A stretch of DNA of 62,855 nt, counting the filler, from Nemertoderma westbladi (taxonomy: Eukaryota > Animalia > Xenacoelomorpha): assembly GCA_032718475.1 (NCBI GenBank). It is 4 parts of 4 records of this genome, joined end to end, with 100 filler letters (N's around TTAATTAATTAA, not from the genome) between each part and the next. Parts side by side here need not be neighbours in the genome. Positions count along the whole stretch, not along the records: positions 32,535 to 50,349 come from JAUCBJ010004463.1; 3 more parts are not named here. The stretch is one strand, 5' to 3'. Below the pieces are notes generated by a model. That model had not been told where the DNA came from. It did not search any database and worked only from the letters and a program-made list of their open reading frames with translations. Positions 36,975 to 50,449 of the stretch are shown here, piece after piece; positions within the stretch are counted from its first letter, which is position 1, and each line of letters begins with the position of its first letter. The position numbers and the translations under genes are program-made.

Positions 36975-38465
36975 TCAGCAGTAAGAAACTCCGCCAATGC
37001 ATCAATTGGTGGAGTAGGAATTCTGCTAAGCCCATTTGCACTTAAGACCCTAAACAACATCGAATCTATAAATTCCAGGGTTATGATCAGCTGCTACAGT
37101 CCAACCAATGCCTCAGAGCCAGAACAAGCAGTCATGCTTTATGAAGAACTGACTGGACTTATTAAGGACATTCCGAAACACAATGTTAAAGTCATTGCTG
37201 GTGACCTGAAAGCACAAATTGGGTAACACCAGTTCTAACAGAATTGGGTACTTACTTTTAGACCTAATGGAAGAATGTGAATTGATACCAAAAAACAACA
37301 TATTCGAAAAGAGTAAGGGGAAGCTATGGACCTTTCAATACCCTAATGGAACCAAAGCACAACTGGATTACATCCTTATAAACAAAAAGTGGAGAAACAG
37401 CATGATCAACTGCGAGGCATACAACTCGTTCAACCTAATTGGTTCGGACCACAGAATTGTGACTGCAGAGATCAGACTCAGTTTGAGAGCCATCAAACCC
37501 AGGACAAGCAAGCAAATCAACTATGACTGGGAGAAACTCAGAACTGACAATGCTGTAAAGGATGCTTATACAGTAGAAGTTCAAAACCACTTTGAAGCAC
37601 TTCAGTCAATGGATGAAGACCAATCCACCGATTCAATATACCAGAATATAATAACAGCCCACAAGGAATCAGCTAAGAGGCATATCCCCCAGACACCCAA
37701 ACGAAAACAGTAAGTGCCATGGCAAAACTCTGAGGTTACTTGTAAGAGAGAAGATCGTAAGATAGCCTACAAAGTTAAAACCGAACAACCAACAACCGAA
37801 AAAAACATTAACAAGGTTGAGAAAGCTAAGGACGATCTTAAATTAACCTACAACATAAAGTTACCTACAACGAAAAGTACATACAGGATAAAATTGAAGC
37901 AATTACAACTGCTCACATACAGCAACAATCAAGACTTACCTGGCAAACTGTAAATTAGGTATCTGGTCGGAAATGTTGTGCAAAGGGGCGCCTTATAGCC
38001 GATAGTCCTGAAGAACGTGTTGGGAAGTGGAAAAATCACTTCAGCAACTTGCTTGGGCAGCCACCGAACATCGAGGTCAGCCCTACAAGGAAAATACTGT
38101 ATATGACAAGACACTACCTATAGAAACAGGGGACTTCGCACCTGCCGAACTCCAAAGAAGCATTAAAAGCATGTCCAATAATAAAGCGAGTGGATTACAT
38201 GAAATCCCAGCGGAGGTATGAAAAACCGGAGTGTTAAACAGACCATTACTGAATGTTTGCAACCGGATGTTAAAAGGGGAAAAGCCACCACCAATTTGGA
38301 CTAAAGGTCAACTAAAGCCTCTCCCCAAGAAAGGAGACCTCGGCATACCAACAAACTATCGTGGGATCGGTCTGCTTGTGGTAGCTGCCAAAATATACAA
38401 TAAAATGATTCTATATAGGATTAGGCCTCACATAGAGAAACTACTGCGTAAGAGCCAAAACGGAT
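36975..38465 (+). pseudogene. RTE-clade LINE fragment (APE endonuclease and RT N-terminus), frameshifted
   Basis: GVGILLS, CYSPT, IAGDL, WTFQYPNGTKAQLDYIL, SDHRIV, KASGLHEIPAE, PLPKKGDL...NYRGI motifs across ORFs 37219-38467. Confidence 0.9.
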
Positions 38466-41400
38466 AGCCAGCCCGAATGTTTGTAGGGGTAACAGTGCAG
38501 TTTATTGCTCGGTTATTAATTAACACATTTTCAGTAGATAATATTGGGTTGGATTTGTTGTATATAAACCGATATTCTGGGTATCATTTCTTCAGTTGCC
38601 TACGGAACCTCAGTCAAGCAGAAGGATGTTTTTTATTATTATTGGCTCATTCCAAAGTAAAGTACGGGACATTCGTACACAATTTTGAAATTTGATTGCC
38701 TGTACAATGTTATCCACAGCACATATGTGCACAAAATTGTGCTTGGATTAAACTTTCGAATATCAGCTTTGATTTCGCGAAGCTTATGGCGGGACTTAAG
38801 TCACTTTTGAGAAAACGCCAGCTTGTCCAATTAAGGTAAAGTACGGATTCGTACGAAATGTTTTTTTTATTTTATGATTTCAATTCTAAAATTTAGCGAA
38901 TTGTGAGCAGGTACGGTGTTGAGTTGATGTTTAGGATAAAGCTGTATTATTAAGCTTAAATAAAAATATAAATATAAGACGAATTGCTGCATTGCTAATT
39001 TTTTACAGTGTGGTTTGTGTGGTAATGTATGGGACATTGCTAAGTAAATAAAGTACGGGACCTGTACGAATTTTATGGTCAAAATGGTCTCTTACACTTA
39101 ACCTAACAGTAATTTCTGGATAATTAGTGATAAAAAAGTGCAACTAAGTATTCCCAACCAAGATATGGATACAAAATGTGGGGCGGCCCACAAATTGACC
39201 CGAAGTCTTAGCATATGGGTGCCCTTGAGGAGTTGTATGTCATCTGACTAATTTTAGATCGCTAATACTGTATATCTCGGTCATTTTTAGATGAAATTAA
39301 ACCAAACCTGGTACGTATGAAGTCTGTCAAAAGTTTGGAAAGAATCTGAAGTTTAAGGAATCAAAGGTCACATATCAGACAGTCTGTCTGTTGGTACCGA
39401 TAGTTTCAAAATTTTGATAAAAACCGAAATAAGTCCGCCAATCACTGGTGAAATATAACCAAAATTTGGTACACATGTAGTCTGTAAAAAGTTTAGAAAT
39501 TCTTTCCATTTTTCTGAAAATGTATCAATTACTGTACTTACCGATCTTCTTATCTGCTAAAAAACTAAATTTTTTGAAATTTGTTGTAAAGTACGGGACT
39601 TTACGCATAAACTCAAAGATTCGTTAACTGAGGAATGATTCTTAGTTCAAATACATACTTCTATGCTTCCCCCTACTATCACCCTAAAGCATTATAACAC
39701 TCCTGCCCTCCAGGTTTCATATATTACATTAATACAGTGCACTAAAATGTAATCGCCATTATAATGGTAAATTATGGGACAATTTTCAATTGGCCGTCAT
39801 GATGTTTCTGAGGGAGTAGATTATGAAACTACAGGTAATTGTTTCTTAAGATGACGCAACACAAACGTGCTTTGCATTCCACTGGGTGATTGGGCTTAGC
39901 ATATTAGACGGTTGACACTTTATCCAATATTGCCAAAGGAATGTTTTAAGGCATATATTTGGTGACCAGGTTGTATAGCACGAACGCAACAAGTTTTGTA
40001 GTGGATACAAGTATCCATCTTCTATAAAACGTGTTAAGGCAGGTTAAATACTCAAGTCAAGTTAAAAAGCGTGTAAGGTTAAACTGAAATGGACGTCTGT
40101 TTTTTACAACTAGTTTATGCATCACTGATTGATATCTTGGAAATGACGGTTTCCGTTTATCTAATAGAGATTAGTACACTTTCTTATAGACTTTCGTGCT
40201 GCGCGAAGGCCCCACAATGTGTCAATAAATGTTAGAAATAAATAAATAAATGTCATATGCCAACTTGCATTAGCGTCAATGTACTGTATGTGTACCGGCG
40301 TAGCCTATATGTACTGTAACAATATGTGTACTGGCGTATTATACTGTAACAATTCCATATCAGTATGTAACAAATAATATGAAAAATTGTCTAACCTTTA
40401 ATACATCTTAGAACGATTAATTTTCCCGATGGCATGTCTAGCGGTTTTTGCATATTTCTCGGCGAATGTGTTTCCATCCATCGTGCACAGATGGCAAAAC
40501 TCGCAGCCGATAGTGATTGTGAGAAGTTGGAGAATTCGTCAATCTACAAAGATTAGAAAAAACTCCTCGCTTACTAACATTTTAATGCTAAAATATATAA
40601 ACAATTACAGTATTACATTAATAAAAATTATTAATTACTGATCTAGAACAAATAATAAGAAATCAAAAGAATACGTTTCGAGAACGTATCGAGCAAAGCA
40701 AACAGTCGGCTGAAGCCGGAAGCGATCCGAAGGCTCTTCTTTCGATAGCTACTACCCGAAGGTAGTAATCTTCAACAATTCCTGATTCTGTTTTACACAA
40801 TTTGTTAAATAATTTAATGTCAAATTCGACTTCCCATATAGGATAAAAGGATAAAGATGCCATTATCATTCTCACCTTATACTTTGCCAGTGCATTATTC
40901 TCCTTTAGGGCCTTTTCCCATTTGGCTAAATCCTCAGGAGAAGACTACTGGCTGGTCGGGGAACAGGAACTCTGACTGAAGAGTCTCTCCTTCCTCCTTG
41001 AATCCATTCCATTATTTTTAAAGTTCCTTGGACACTCTTCAACTCCTCCTTCCTTCTTTATTTCCACCAAGGAGTGAACAATGTTATGTAGAGGTGGCAT
41101 GACAGGCAAAACACCCACCCCGCCCCCCTTTCGAAGTTTGTTTATTGTGCAAAAATTTTTTTAAACAATATTTAGATATTTACTTTACTGTAACTAAAAC
41201 GCAAGCGGCCTTTCGGATCTCGTGCGTGGTCTCTGTGGCACATGCCTTATTGGTCTCATTGACAACCGCACATTAGGACTGATATATCTGTAGGGGTTTA
41301 GGCCTACTGTAGGTATGGCTGTATGGAACCGTACTGAAAAACATCCATGTACTGTAAGTTACGGTCCAGGAAAACCAAAACATGAACACATTTGGTTCAT

Positions 41401-42678
41401 GTGGATGCACTGAGTAGGTGTGTTAAACAATCTGCACTGGCAAGGACTGGACAATAACGATAATGAAAACAATGGGGATTCACGTGCAAAGTTCTGTACC
41501 ACAGCAGGGCCTAATAAAGATGACATTAGGATAACATTAGAATAATATTGTCATTCAAAGCAGTTGAAGTATGACCCGCCAACATTCGAAAAACAACGTT
41601 AGAATAACCTTTTCGCATCATTGTTATAACAATGCTATGATTAATCCACAATGTAAATTCATTTCCAATGATAATATTCTGATTTGAACATTTCGATAAC
41701 ATTGGAAATACATTATAATATCAATAGTATGGAATATAGTATTAGAATATCATTCAAAATATGTTGCGATTATACTGTATGTGTTAAATAATAAACATTG
41801 CTGTTCGAATGTATTCTGAATGTCATTTCACTATCTGAATTTTAATATTAGTATTTAAATATTATTTTAGATTATTTCAATATTAAAATGTAAAATTTTG
41901 GGTTTTTCTCAAATAATTTGTCTCATTGCACTATTGCACAACATTTTAGCAGCATTAAATTTCAAATACAAAATTAATCCTCGGATACTTCTGGTTTGCA
42001 GGGTAGGTGCACGAAAAATAGCATCCACTTCAATTTTTGGAAATGGAATATAATCACAATCGATTCAGCGTCTTGAAAAACCTACTAAAGGTAGCCAACA
42101 CTGCCACACTATTAGTTTTTAGATAACGAAAAATTTTGTAATTGTGTCCTGGGACTACTTTTATTTTTCATCAAAATTATGAGTCCCTGCTTATGAAATT
42201 TTAACTTTTTAAGGTTTGAATTTCAGTTCATCTATAGTTGTTTCACCAACAGCCCAAATTTTGTAGGATTTCATTGGACGATTACAAAAATATAGTGGTT
42301 GGGCCGAATCGCCCCCCCACCCCCCCGTGGTGCTAAAGGTCAAAACACCCCAGTGGTAATAGGGTTAATTATTTATATTATATATAAATTATTGTATAAA
42401 TTAAAGACAAAATTATTGTCATAATATTTTTACTGAATGTAACATCGTATTGTAAACCATGATAACCTTAAGTACGTAAATATACAGAACTTTATATGAT
42501 TGTTTTATAACCTTATGTTTTTATAGCTTTATTTTATTGCCACACCATATTTATTTTACCTACATCCCTACCACTCTATTCTGTTAGACACTGTCAGCTA
42601 ACGGCCCTGCCTTTGTTGTCGGCCGATCTCGCTGGCGCCTCTGTAGTCCCCCACGTCCCCATCCTAACCAAAGTTCCA

Positions 42679-42870
42679 CCTTGGTGTAGTGGTTGCATTG
42701 AATTCACATCTCCTGTAGGTCATGGGTTCGATCCTCACATGGGCCAGGACAGTTTTCGTTTCGGTTTCGTTTAAAGGGACCAGCCAGGGCGCATCTCTGC
42801 CTTGCATCCTTAAGTGGTAGCTAAATGAGTACTGGAGTTTCCTCTGGGGAGTAAAGTTCTGGGGGGACCG
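42679..42870 (+). mobile_element. tRNA-derived SINE with Meta-domain-like core (second copy)
   Basis: A box TGGTGTAGTGG, B box GTTCGATCC and the core shared with the 15123 copy. Confidence 0.75.
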
Positions 42871-43364
42871 CAAATAAGTCCAGACTTTGTGCTTAATCCC
42901 TGGCTTAGCGGCCGAAGAAAAATTTATTTTATTTTATTTTTTTTTAAGTGTGGCTCTATAAACCTTACCATTACCCCCCAACCCCCACAAAGAATCCTCT
43001 TAGTTCACACCCCGCGATGTCGCGGGTTGTCGGCGTGTTTTAGCGCGCACACTTATGTATGTAAGGCTTTTAACCATTTGAGTGCTTTGAGTGTGAGGAA
43101 CAAAATGAATTTTTATTCACTTCAGAAATTGGCTTAGAAATTTTAGAAAAAGTGGGTCTTAAGTAAAAGGCCCATGGTGCTAAAGGATTTTAAATGAATT
43201 GGAGTTGAGCTATTAATGCAATTCAGTAATTACAGTATTAATGATGTGATGTAATATTATGGCTTTGTTTAGAAATGGAAAAAATAAGTTTGCACGTCAC
43301 CGGTTGAAGGAAGAGGTAGATTAGATGGGAGAGTTAGTGTCAGGGACAAGTGGCTGAACTGGTT

Positions 43365-43410
43365 AGCGCTACTGATGAGACCTGATAGGCCGAAACGTAC
43401 GTATAGCGCT
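43365..43410 (+). ncRNA. Minimal type I hammerhead ribozyme (Penelope type)
   Basis: AGCGCTA-CTGATGA-GACCT gat AGGCC-GAAA-CGTACG-TA-TAGCGCT: 7-bp stem I, intact core, stem II with one mismatch, palindromic stem III ACGTACGT and GUA triplet. Confidence 0.8.
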
Positions 43411-43717
43411 GGTTTAACCACTGTTTTCAACTATTGCCTACGTCTAATCGCCCTCTAGCGGGTGACTGGTTCCGCGCCATTAGGTCCTATGGATTAAGAC
43501 CTGGACATTTGGACCTGCGGCTTTAGGTCCTGCGGTGTCATATTCTTGCGTAGGCCTAGTTGAGAGATAGGAGCAGGTTGCAGTGACATGATATTCTAAC
43601 CAAAACAATAGCACAGAATAATAGTCATTTTTTTAAGTTTCATTTTTGCTAGTATATCACCTGTAAATATAAATAAAACTTCAGTATTTACGCAGAACCT
43701 AACGACACAGGAAGGTT

Positions 43718-44522
43718 GGGTGCAATCTTCACCCGCGTCCAACCTTCGCCCGGGGAAACCTTCGCCAGCAGGCAATCTTCGCCCGTGAGCAACCTTCGCC
43801 CAATATGATTTGTGTTACTGTAGTACTGTACCCAATTTGGCTCTCTTACAGTTTGCCGTGCCATATATTCAATTTAATTATATTTAGATTGTAATATACT
43901 CTACGTACAATTACATATTGTTACGTTTAAATTTTATATACTAGCTAGTTTTTCTTTATTTTTTTAAATGTTCTAGAACATATTATCTATTCATTTAATA
44001 TATCAATTTTGTTCTAGAACAAATATTTTTTGATTTAGAACAAAAAAAAGCACTAGCTAATTTGTTAATTTTTTTTAATTTTTTATTGTATGTTATCTTT
44101 GTATAAATTTTTTATACTAGCTAGTTTTTGTTACCTTTTTTTTTAAATGTTCTACAACATATTATCTATTAATTTAATATAAAAATAATTTTGTTCTAGA
44201 ACAAATATTTTAAGATCATTTTATTATATCAATAAATTGCTATTATGGCACGGCAAAGAGTAAGAGTCCCCAATTTAGGTACCAATTGAGGGAAAGGAGC
44301 AGGTTACAGAGGCGGCCTTTTCTAAGCAAAACAATAAACGATGGTTGTTACAAATTAATTGAGGTAAGGGAGCAGGTAACATAGACGGCTTTTTCTAACC
44401 AAAACAATAATTGTTTATTGGGTGGGGGAAGGTTGCTCGCGGGCGAAGATTGCCTGTGGGAGACGGTTTCCGCTGGGCGATAGTTGCTCATTTTGAAGGC
44501 GAAGTTTGCTGCGTGCGTACCC
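43718..44522. mobile_element. Nested MITE-like inverted-repeat elements
   Basis: Repeated (a)accttcgccc motifs on the left mirror gggcgaaggtt on the right. Inner inverted repeat ctcttac..tttgccgtgccata (~43843) / tatggcacggcaaa..gtaagag (~44265). TSDs are not clean. Confidence 0.5.
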
Positions 44523-45150
44523 ACAGGACCGAATGTCGCATGATGTAACGACGCAGGACCTAAAGATGCACGAACGATACATGACGCGTTAAAATTATAT
44601 TTCAGTCTTTGGACAGACTACAGGTGTACCAATGTTAGCTTAATTTTATCAAAGATTGACTGAGTTATTAGCCATCAAATCAAACATTTGCCGACAGACA
44701 GCGGTTGACAAAGCGATACCCGTACTGACAATACGCTGAACTCGCTTACTTCATTTCTTACCCGGCAACTGTTTCCTGGTAGACCTATAAAGTTCCGTTG
44801 TATTGTAACATAATACAATAGCCACCTCCCCAACCACCTCCTACTTTTAACTAATGGACAAGAACACATATTTACATCTTAAATTAATATATATATAACA
44901 TATAAATATGTTTCGGATGCCCGATATATATCTTATAATAAAATAATTAAATGATAATTTTCCGCTATTCTGTTTAACATCATTTATTAACAGACTATTA
45001 TTGGGACACAAGGAATAATAATTCATAACTTAAATTTCAACCGAATATTAAATATAAACTTAGTTAACCCAGTTTATACCCAGTTTCAGTTGTAAACATC
45101 TCCGTTAATGAAGGCCCCAGTCTACCAGTTTCCACCAGTCATCCGTTGGT

Positions 45151-45765
45151 CTACCGGAAGCGTTTCAGTGACAGAGTGTTCCTGCGTTTCCAGGCAGCCC
45201 TGCGTGAACCTCCTATCGTCTGGTTGAACTTGTGGCCCTTCCCAATTCCTCGGGATCGCTTCCCAGCCGAGGTTAGACCCCGCAGCTCCCTGTGTCTGTG
45301 CACCGGTTTACACAACCACTGGGTGTCGGGATTGCGTCTAACGGCCTGGTGGAATGGATCCACTAGGATCACTTCGTAGTACTTGTAGGTTGAGTCCTGG
45401 TTAACCCAGTAACTATTTAACACTCTCAACCCCCCACACTTTCTGCCCACTCTCTCCTCGGCTATAGACTGATTCGTTCTCCGAAACTTCAGCTGATTAA
45501 CCCCTTCGCACACGGGTTTACCGTAGGTCGCACCTTTCGGCACAGGCTTCTTCCTACCTCCTCTTCGCACACGAACTCGGTAAATGACGTAGCCTTGCTT
45601 CGCTTTGTACCCAAGCCGTCTCGCTTTCTCCGGACGTGTGGGTTTAGTCACGCGATGGACCCGCGAGAGCTGTCTGTAGTGCCAGCAACGAACACGGAGA
45701 AGAAAGTGCATCACATCGCTCTGTTTCTTCCGCCACAACTCCTGCATATATTTGTAGGCCCCCAT
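45151..45765 (-). CDS. RPL15: 60S ribosomal protein L15 (eL15), 204 aa, intronless CDS
   Basis: [19 protein letters not shown]...[11 protein letters not shown]...[25 protein letters not shown]...[10 protein letters not shown]; full length and intact. Confidence 0.98.
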   Translation of the reverse strand: MGAYKYMQELWRKKQSDVMHFLLRVRCWHYRQLSRVHRVTKPTRPEKARRLGYKAKQGYVIYRVRVRRGGRKKPVPKGATYGKPVCEGVNQLKFRRTNQSIAEERVGRKCGGLRVLNSYWVNQDSTYKYYEVILVDPFHQAVRRNPDTQWLCKPVHRHRELRGLTSAGKRSRGIGKGHKFNQTIGGSRRAAWKRRNTLSLKRFR

Positions 45766-46224
45766 ACTTAGGCAGATACCGGTACTGTTATACGATAATT
45801 TAACAGATTAATTTAGTCAGTTAGTGCTGTCTGGCTGTAGTGCAGTGTGCAGTAGTGGCGCTATCCTGCTATCGCAGTACAGCAGCAGTCAGGTAGTACA
45901 GTAGTATCTGAGTACTGGAGTATCCGCTATCCTTTTGTCTGTCTGTCCTTATGCCAGTATGCTGTTCTGCTGTTATGAGGTTACCTTTTATTTTATTTAA
46001 TATTACAGTATTATGTGTTATGCCTAGGCCTACCGGACAGCCGGACCGCACCCAATTCAGTAATCCGATGTAATCCAGTAATCACAGAATTATTTCAGTA
46101 CCTATTTCCTTACAGACTTAGGCCTACCTGACTGCCTGAGTACGTACCGGTTGCCAGTAGCCATAGAGCAGTAGTGGGCTCATGCCTTGCAGGTTGCAGC
46201 CTAGTTGAGTCAGCCAGTAGTTAA

Positions 46225-47273
46225 GGGGCCGTCCAAGTATGACGTCTGCACTTTTCCCGAAAATGTTGACCCCCTCCCTCCCCTAAATCAGATGTCATCA
46301 GATAGGCGTTGACCCCCCCCCCCCCCCCCCCCTAAATCAGATTAAAAAAAAATTTGTAATAAACTTAATAGTTTATTACAAAAATTTTTTTATTTTATTT
46401 TTTTTTATTATGAAGATGTTTCATTTTCAGGCGAACCCCAGTACCGCAGTACCCCAGTAGCACGCGTCCTAATCCTTGAAACATGGTGACTGGTAACTGA
46501 AACAGAAGGTTGTGCTAGGGGCCATTCTGCTAAGTAGGGCATGTACGCCGAACGCGTTCGGCGCACAATTTTTTCCAGAATTTGGAGCAGGCGCAGAAAA
46601 TTGAGAGCGCAGCGCCGCGCAGGCGCAGAAAATTTAGAGCGCGGCGCGACAGGCGCAGGCGCAGAAAATTGATAACACGGCTCAGACTTGCACTACAGCA
46701 CTAAGTCAGTCAGTCAGTACCGGTAAGTAGACCTACCCCTGGCAGTCTGCCGACTACCGGTAACAGGGTAGGCTAATGACAATACAGATAAGACTGTAAG
46801 AAATACTGAAATAATAAGCCTCCTACTTGCTACTTGGCTGCTTGGTGTGCTTTAGGCCAGTACAGCAGTAGGCAGGCAGGTACGTGGTAGGAGATTTCGC
46901 GCAGTATTTCTGCTGTGCGCGCCAATCTCGCGCAGAATTTCTGCTGCGCGCGCCAATCTCGCGCAGTTTTTCTGCCGCGCACGCGGATTTTGCACTGTTT
47001 TCGACTGCGCAGGCGCACATTTTTTTCTGCGCCGCGTCGCGTTCGGCGCACAAAAAAGTCACTTAGCATACGGGGCTAGGGGCCTTCGGGGGCTTCGAAC
47101 AATTAAAATAGCAAGCTATTTACTCTTCTGCTATATCTCTTCTAGCACCTATAAATGAACATGCTGACGTCAGATTTTGGCTGACCCCCTCCCCTCCCAT
47201 CATCAGCATGTCATCAGATTTTCCCAACCCCCCTCCCCCCCCTAAAGTGCTGACGTCATACTTGGACGGCCCC
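46225..47273. mobile_element. PIF/Harbinger MITE (inverted copy of 36040-36470) with nested insertion 46519-47076
   Basis: Same TIRs and TSD TAA. The extra 558 bp, absent from the other copy, is bounded by a TAG duplication and tgctaagt/acttagca inverted ends. Confidence 0.85.
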
Positions 47274-47415
47274 TAAGTAGGATGTACGTTTTTGAAATAT
47301 TATTTGTTGTGTGTGGGGGGGGGGGGGGGGGGGGTGATTGGCACTTGGGACAAAAATTTGGCCCTTTGCCCCCCCCCCCCCCCCCCCCTCCAGTGGAAAT
47401 GGTTAACGTAGGGCG

Positions 47416-50226
47416 TAATTTAACATTGAGGGGGGATATTAATTCGCCAAGGCGGGTTTTGCGTCCAGTTTCCCCCCCCTGTCTCCTAAAATTATATCCT
47501 CTTTCAGACGATTAAAAAGTTAATAGCTACAGTAGTTTTCGCGATATGAGGCATTCCTGGCACCCATACCATATCAACACCTTTCGGAATTGATAAAATT
47601 ACACAAAATACATCACCGTCCAAAGACTTTGGTTTAACCATTAAACCATACTATACTTTTTTGGTTTGTTGAATATTATTAGTAATCGAAAGCAAGATTA
47701 AAAACAAATTTTTCATTTTTTTATCCATATCCATATATACTAAAAGAGCACCAAAAGTGCAAGTAGCACTTTTTTCAAACGTGGTAAATTGGCCATACAG
47801 ATTGGCTACTGAGGTTTTAGAATGTGCTGATTTCATTGGGAAGGTTTATTCCTCTACATCAAACATATCGAAGAGTTGTGTCAATACGTGTCAATGTGCG
47901 GCACGAAAAAAACAAGTAGCACAAATTTCATAATGAAAAATCATTACCAAATCAACCTGATTTATAACATTTGGGTTTTTTTTTTGGGATGCTGATCACG
48001 AATATAACACTCATAAATATCGTATTATCCAACCAAATTTGATTTTTGCCGTTTGAAATTTTATGCTACTTGTATTTTTCGTCCCACTAGACAAAAACCA
48101 AAAACGATAGTTGCTTTACCAGGAATTATTTTTAACGATAGTTGTATCGTGATTAGCAGCCTTGAAAACCAGAATAGTTTCAGAATTACAAAACCAAAGG
48201 CAAAATTTAACAGTTTCAAATTTTTGCTACTTGTACTTTTCGTTCTGGGGCACCAGAATGGTACCAAAATTGGGATTGCACATACCATAAATATTCATAA
48301 CTAATTTCATCGTGATCAGCTACCTTGAAAACCCGTATACGTTTAGGAATATCAAACTAAACACAAAATGTTTAGTTTGACAATTTCAATTTGCTAGGGA
48401 TGTACAGGATGTACTAGGATGTACTGACTGACTGACTGACAGACTGGCTGATATCCAAAATAATTAGGCCTAACTACCGCGATACCGGTAAGACGCTAAA
48501 CTCGTTGGCCAGCGCCGACCCTCTGACCCTCCGCACAAACTGTTGACAAAATGACTCGATGGCAAGACGTAGGTGACGATATTCTGGATTCTTTCGAAAT
48601 CCGTCTCTCGCCGTCACGATATCTTAATTCATGCCATACCAGAAAACACCAACCCAGATGAAGAACGTTCTGTTGTCTTAATGATATCACAAATAAACTC
48701 GGAATTCCTCCTTCTATGATCGATGTGTTCCACAGGCTAGGCAAGAAAATCAAGGAAAAGGGCTGCTGGAGACGGTAAAGTTAAATGTCGCCCTATTATA
48801 ATACGCTTTCTAGACCATGCTTCTCGACTAAAAGCTATCTAGAATAAAAAATCGTTGCCAAATCCGTTATACGTAAAGTAAATGCGCTACGGTTACTCTA
48901 AAAGTCGCGTTACAGCAATTAATTGTTGCGTTATGGCTAATCTATTGTCTTGGTTTTACATAGGGAATCATTATCAATATTGTTCCAAGTCAAAAGAAGC
49001 CCGTAATCTTACATATATCTTATCTACTTGTGGCGGCTAACTTCAAAGTCGAAGTCCTACCAGTAGCGGTAAGTCCTAAATCCTATGTCATAATCGAATA
49101 AGTTTAGTTGAATTTCCGTTAGTTGGATCTACTGTAAACTGTCCAACAAAATGTACTGTAGATAGGCCTAACCCAATCGTGACATTCCACTAACATTAAA
49201 AGCAATAATACTAAGTGCCGAAGTAATGAACAATGAAGCTACAGTATTAGCAGGGGCGTAGGCTGGTAGACAGGGGGGTAGATACACCCTGATAACAATT
49301 GCATGTTATTTTAACGTTTATATCACATTTTTATTGAACATGGCAAACGTTTGAAAAAACGTTTGCGACACGTCCAGAAATAGGTAATTTTCATGTTATT
49401 TTGTCCAAGCGGGTGGCATGTAATAAACGTTTAGAAGTAAACGTGTAAATAGCATGAAACAAACGTTACTCAATCGCCGGTTCTTTATGACGTTTGAATT
49501 AAACGTGTGTCTAGCATGTGTAACTAACGTGAATCATGCGTCGGTTCTTTCGAAATTGCTTGGAAATATACGTTTTTTTAATGCAAAGAAAACGTTTGTT
49601 TTAAACGTTGTAAATCGTTATTCTCTACACTAATTTGGTCATCCATTGATTCGACCACCGGATTGTTCTCATGGTATGCAATTGTTCGAATTAAGAAGAT
49701 AATTTATGTGTAAAACATGAATATTATTAAGCACAAGGTAGTAGTAGCCAGTACAGCACAACTTAACCACCTAAAAACTAGTGTTATTGTTCACAATAAC
49801 AACAACACCTATTAAAAAAATGAACTGCATTGCACAAACTTTAAGTAAAATTGTACGGTATATACAAAAATGAAACAAAATTCCATTTGAACTGTAATAA
49901 TATAGACCAACCGCAGCCTTCTTTAACGCTATTTGGCCTGGGGGGGGGGGGGGGGGGGGGGGTGGGTGAGGGTCATTTAAATTTTTTTGAAATTAATCTG
50001 TATCTTTGAAACAGATATGTTGTGAAAACCGAGATTCTGTGACTTTTCCTAAAATTTTATGGGCTATCCATCAGAGCACAAAGGAAATTATTATCCAATA
50101 TTGAAATATAATAAATAGTTGCAAAAATTTCCCTGTTCACTTCAATGTTCCAAAATTGGAGACAAGGGGGGAAACTGGACGCAAATCTCATCTTGGCGAA
50201 TTAATATCCCGCCTCAATGTTAAATT
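47416..50226. repeat. Pair of ~75-bp inverted repeats (47416-47492 and 50152-50226), possible TE termini
   Basis: aatttaacattgagg.gggatattaattcgccaag...ttgcgtccagtttcccccc.tgtctcc and its reverse complement. No TSD found. Confidence 0.5.
48620..48790 (+). pseudogene. LINE ORF1 (CR1/L2-type) fragment
   Basis: Manual translation LIHAIPENTNPDEERSVVLNDITNKLGIPPSMIDVFHRLGKK fits the ORF1 pattern LII.GIPE...HRLGK. Confidence 0.55.
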
Positions 50227-50349
50227 CTCAATTTAGGGAAAGGAGCAGGTTACAGTGGCACATTATTTTAACCAAAACAATTAACTAAACACAATAGATT
50301 AGGTTACAGTTTTATTTTTGAGAGAAATCATCTGTTATTTGCGTCGAAT

Positions 50350-50449
50350 NNNNNNNNNNNNNNNNNNNNNNNNNNNNNNNNNNNNNNNNNNNNTTAATTA
50401 ATTAANNNNNNNNNNNNNNNNNNNNNNNNNNNNNNNNNNNNNNNNNNNN
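50350..50449. other. Artificial contig linker
   Basis: N44-TTAATTAATTAA-N44. Confidence 0.98.
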
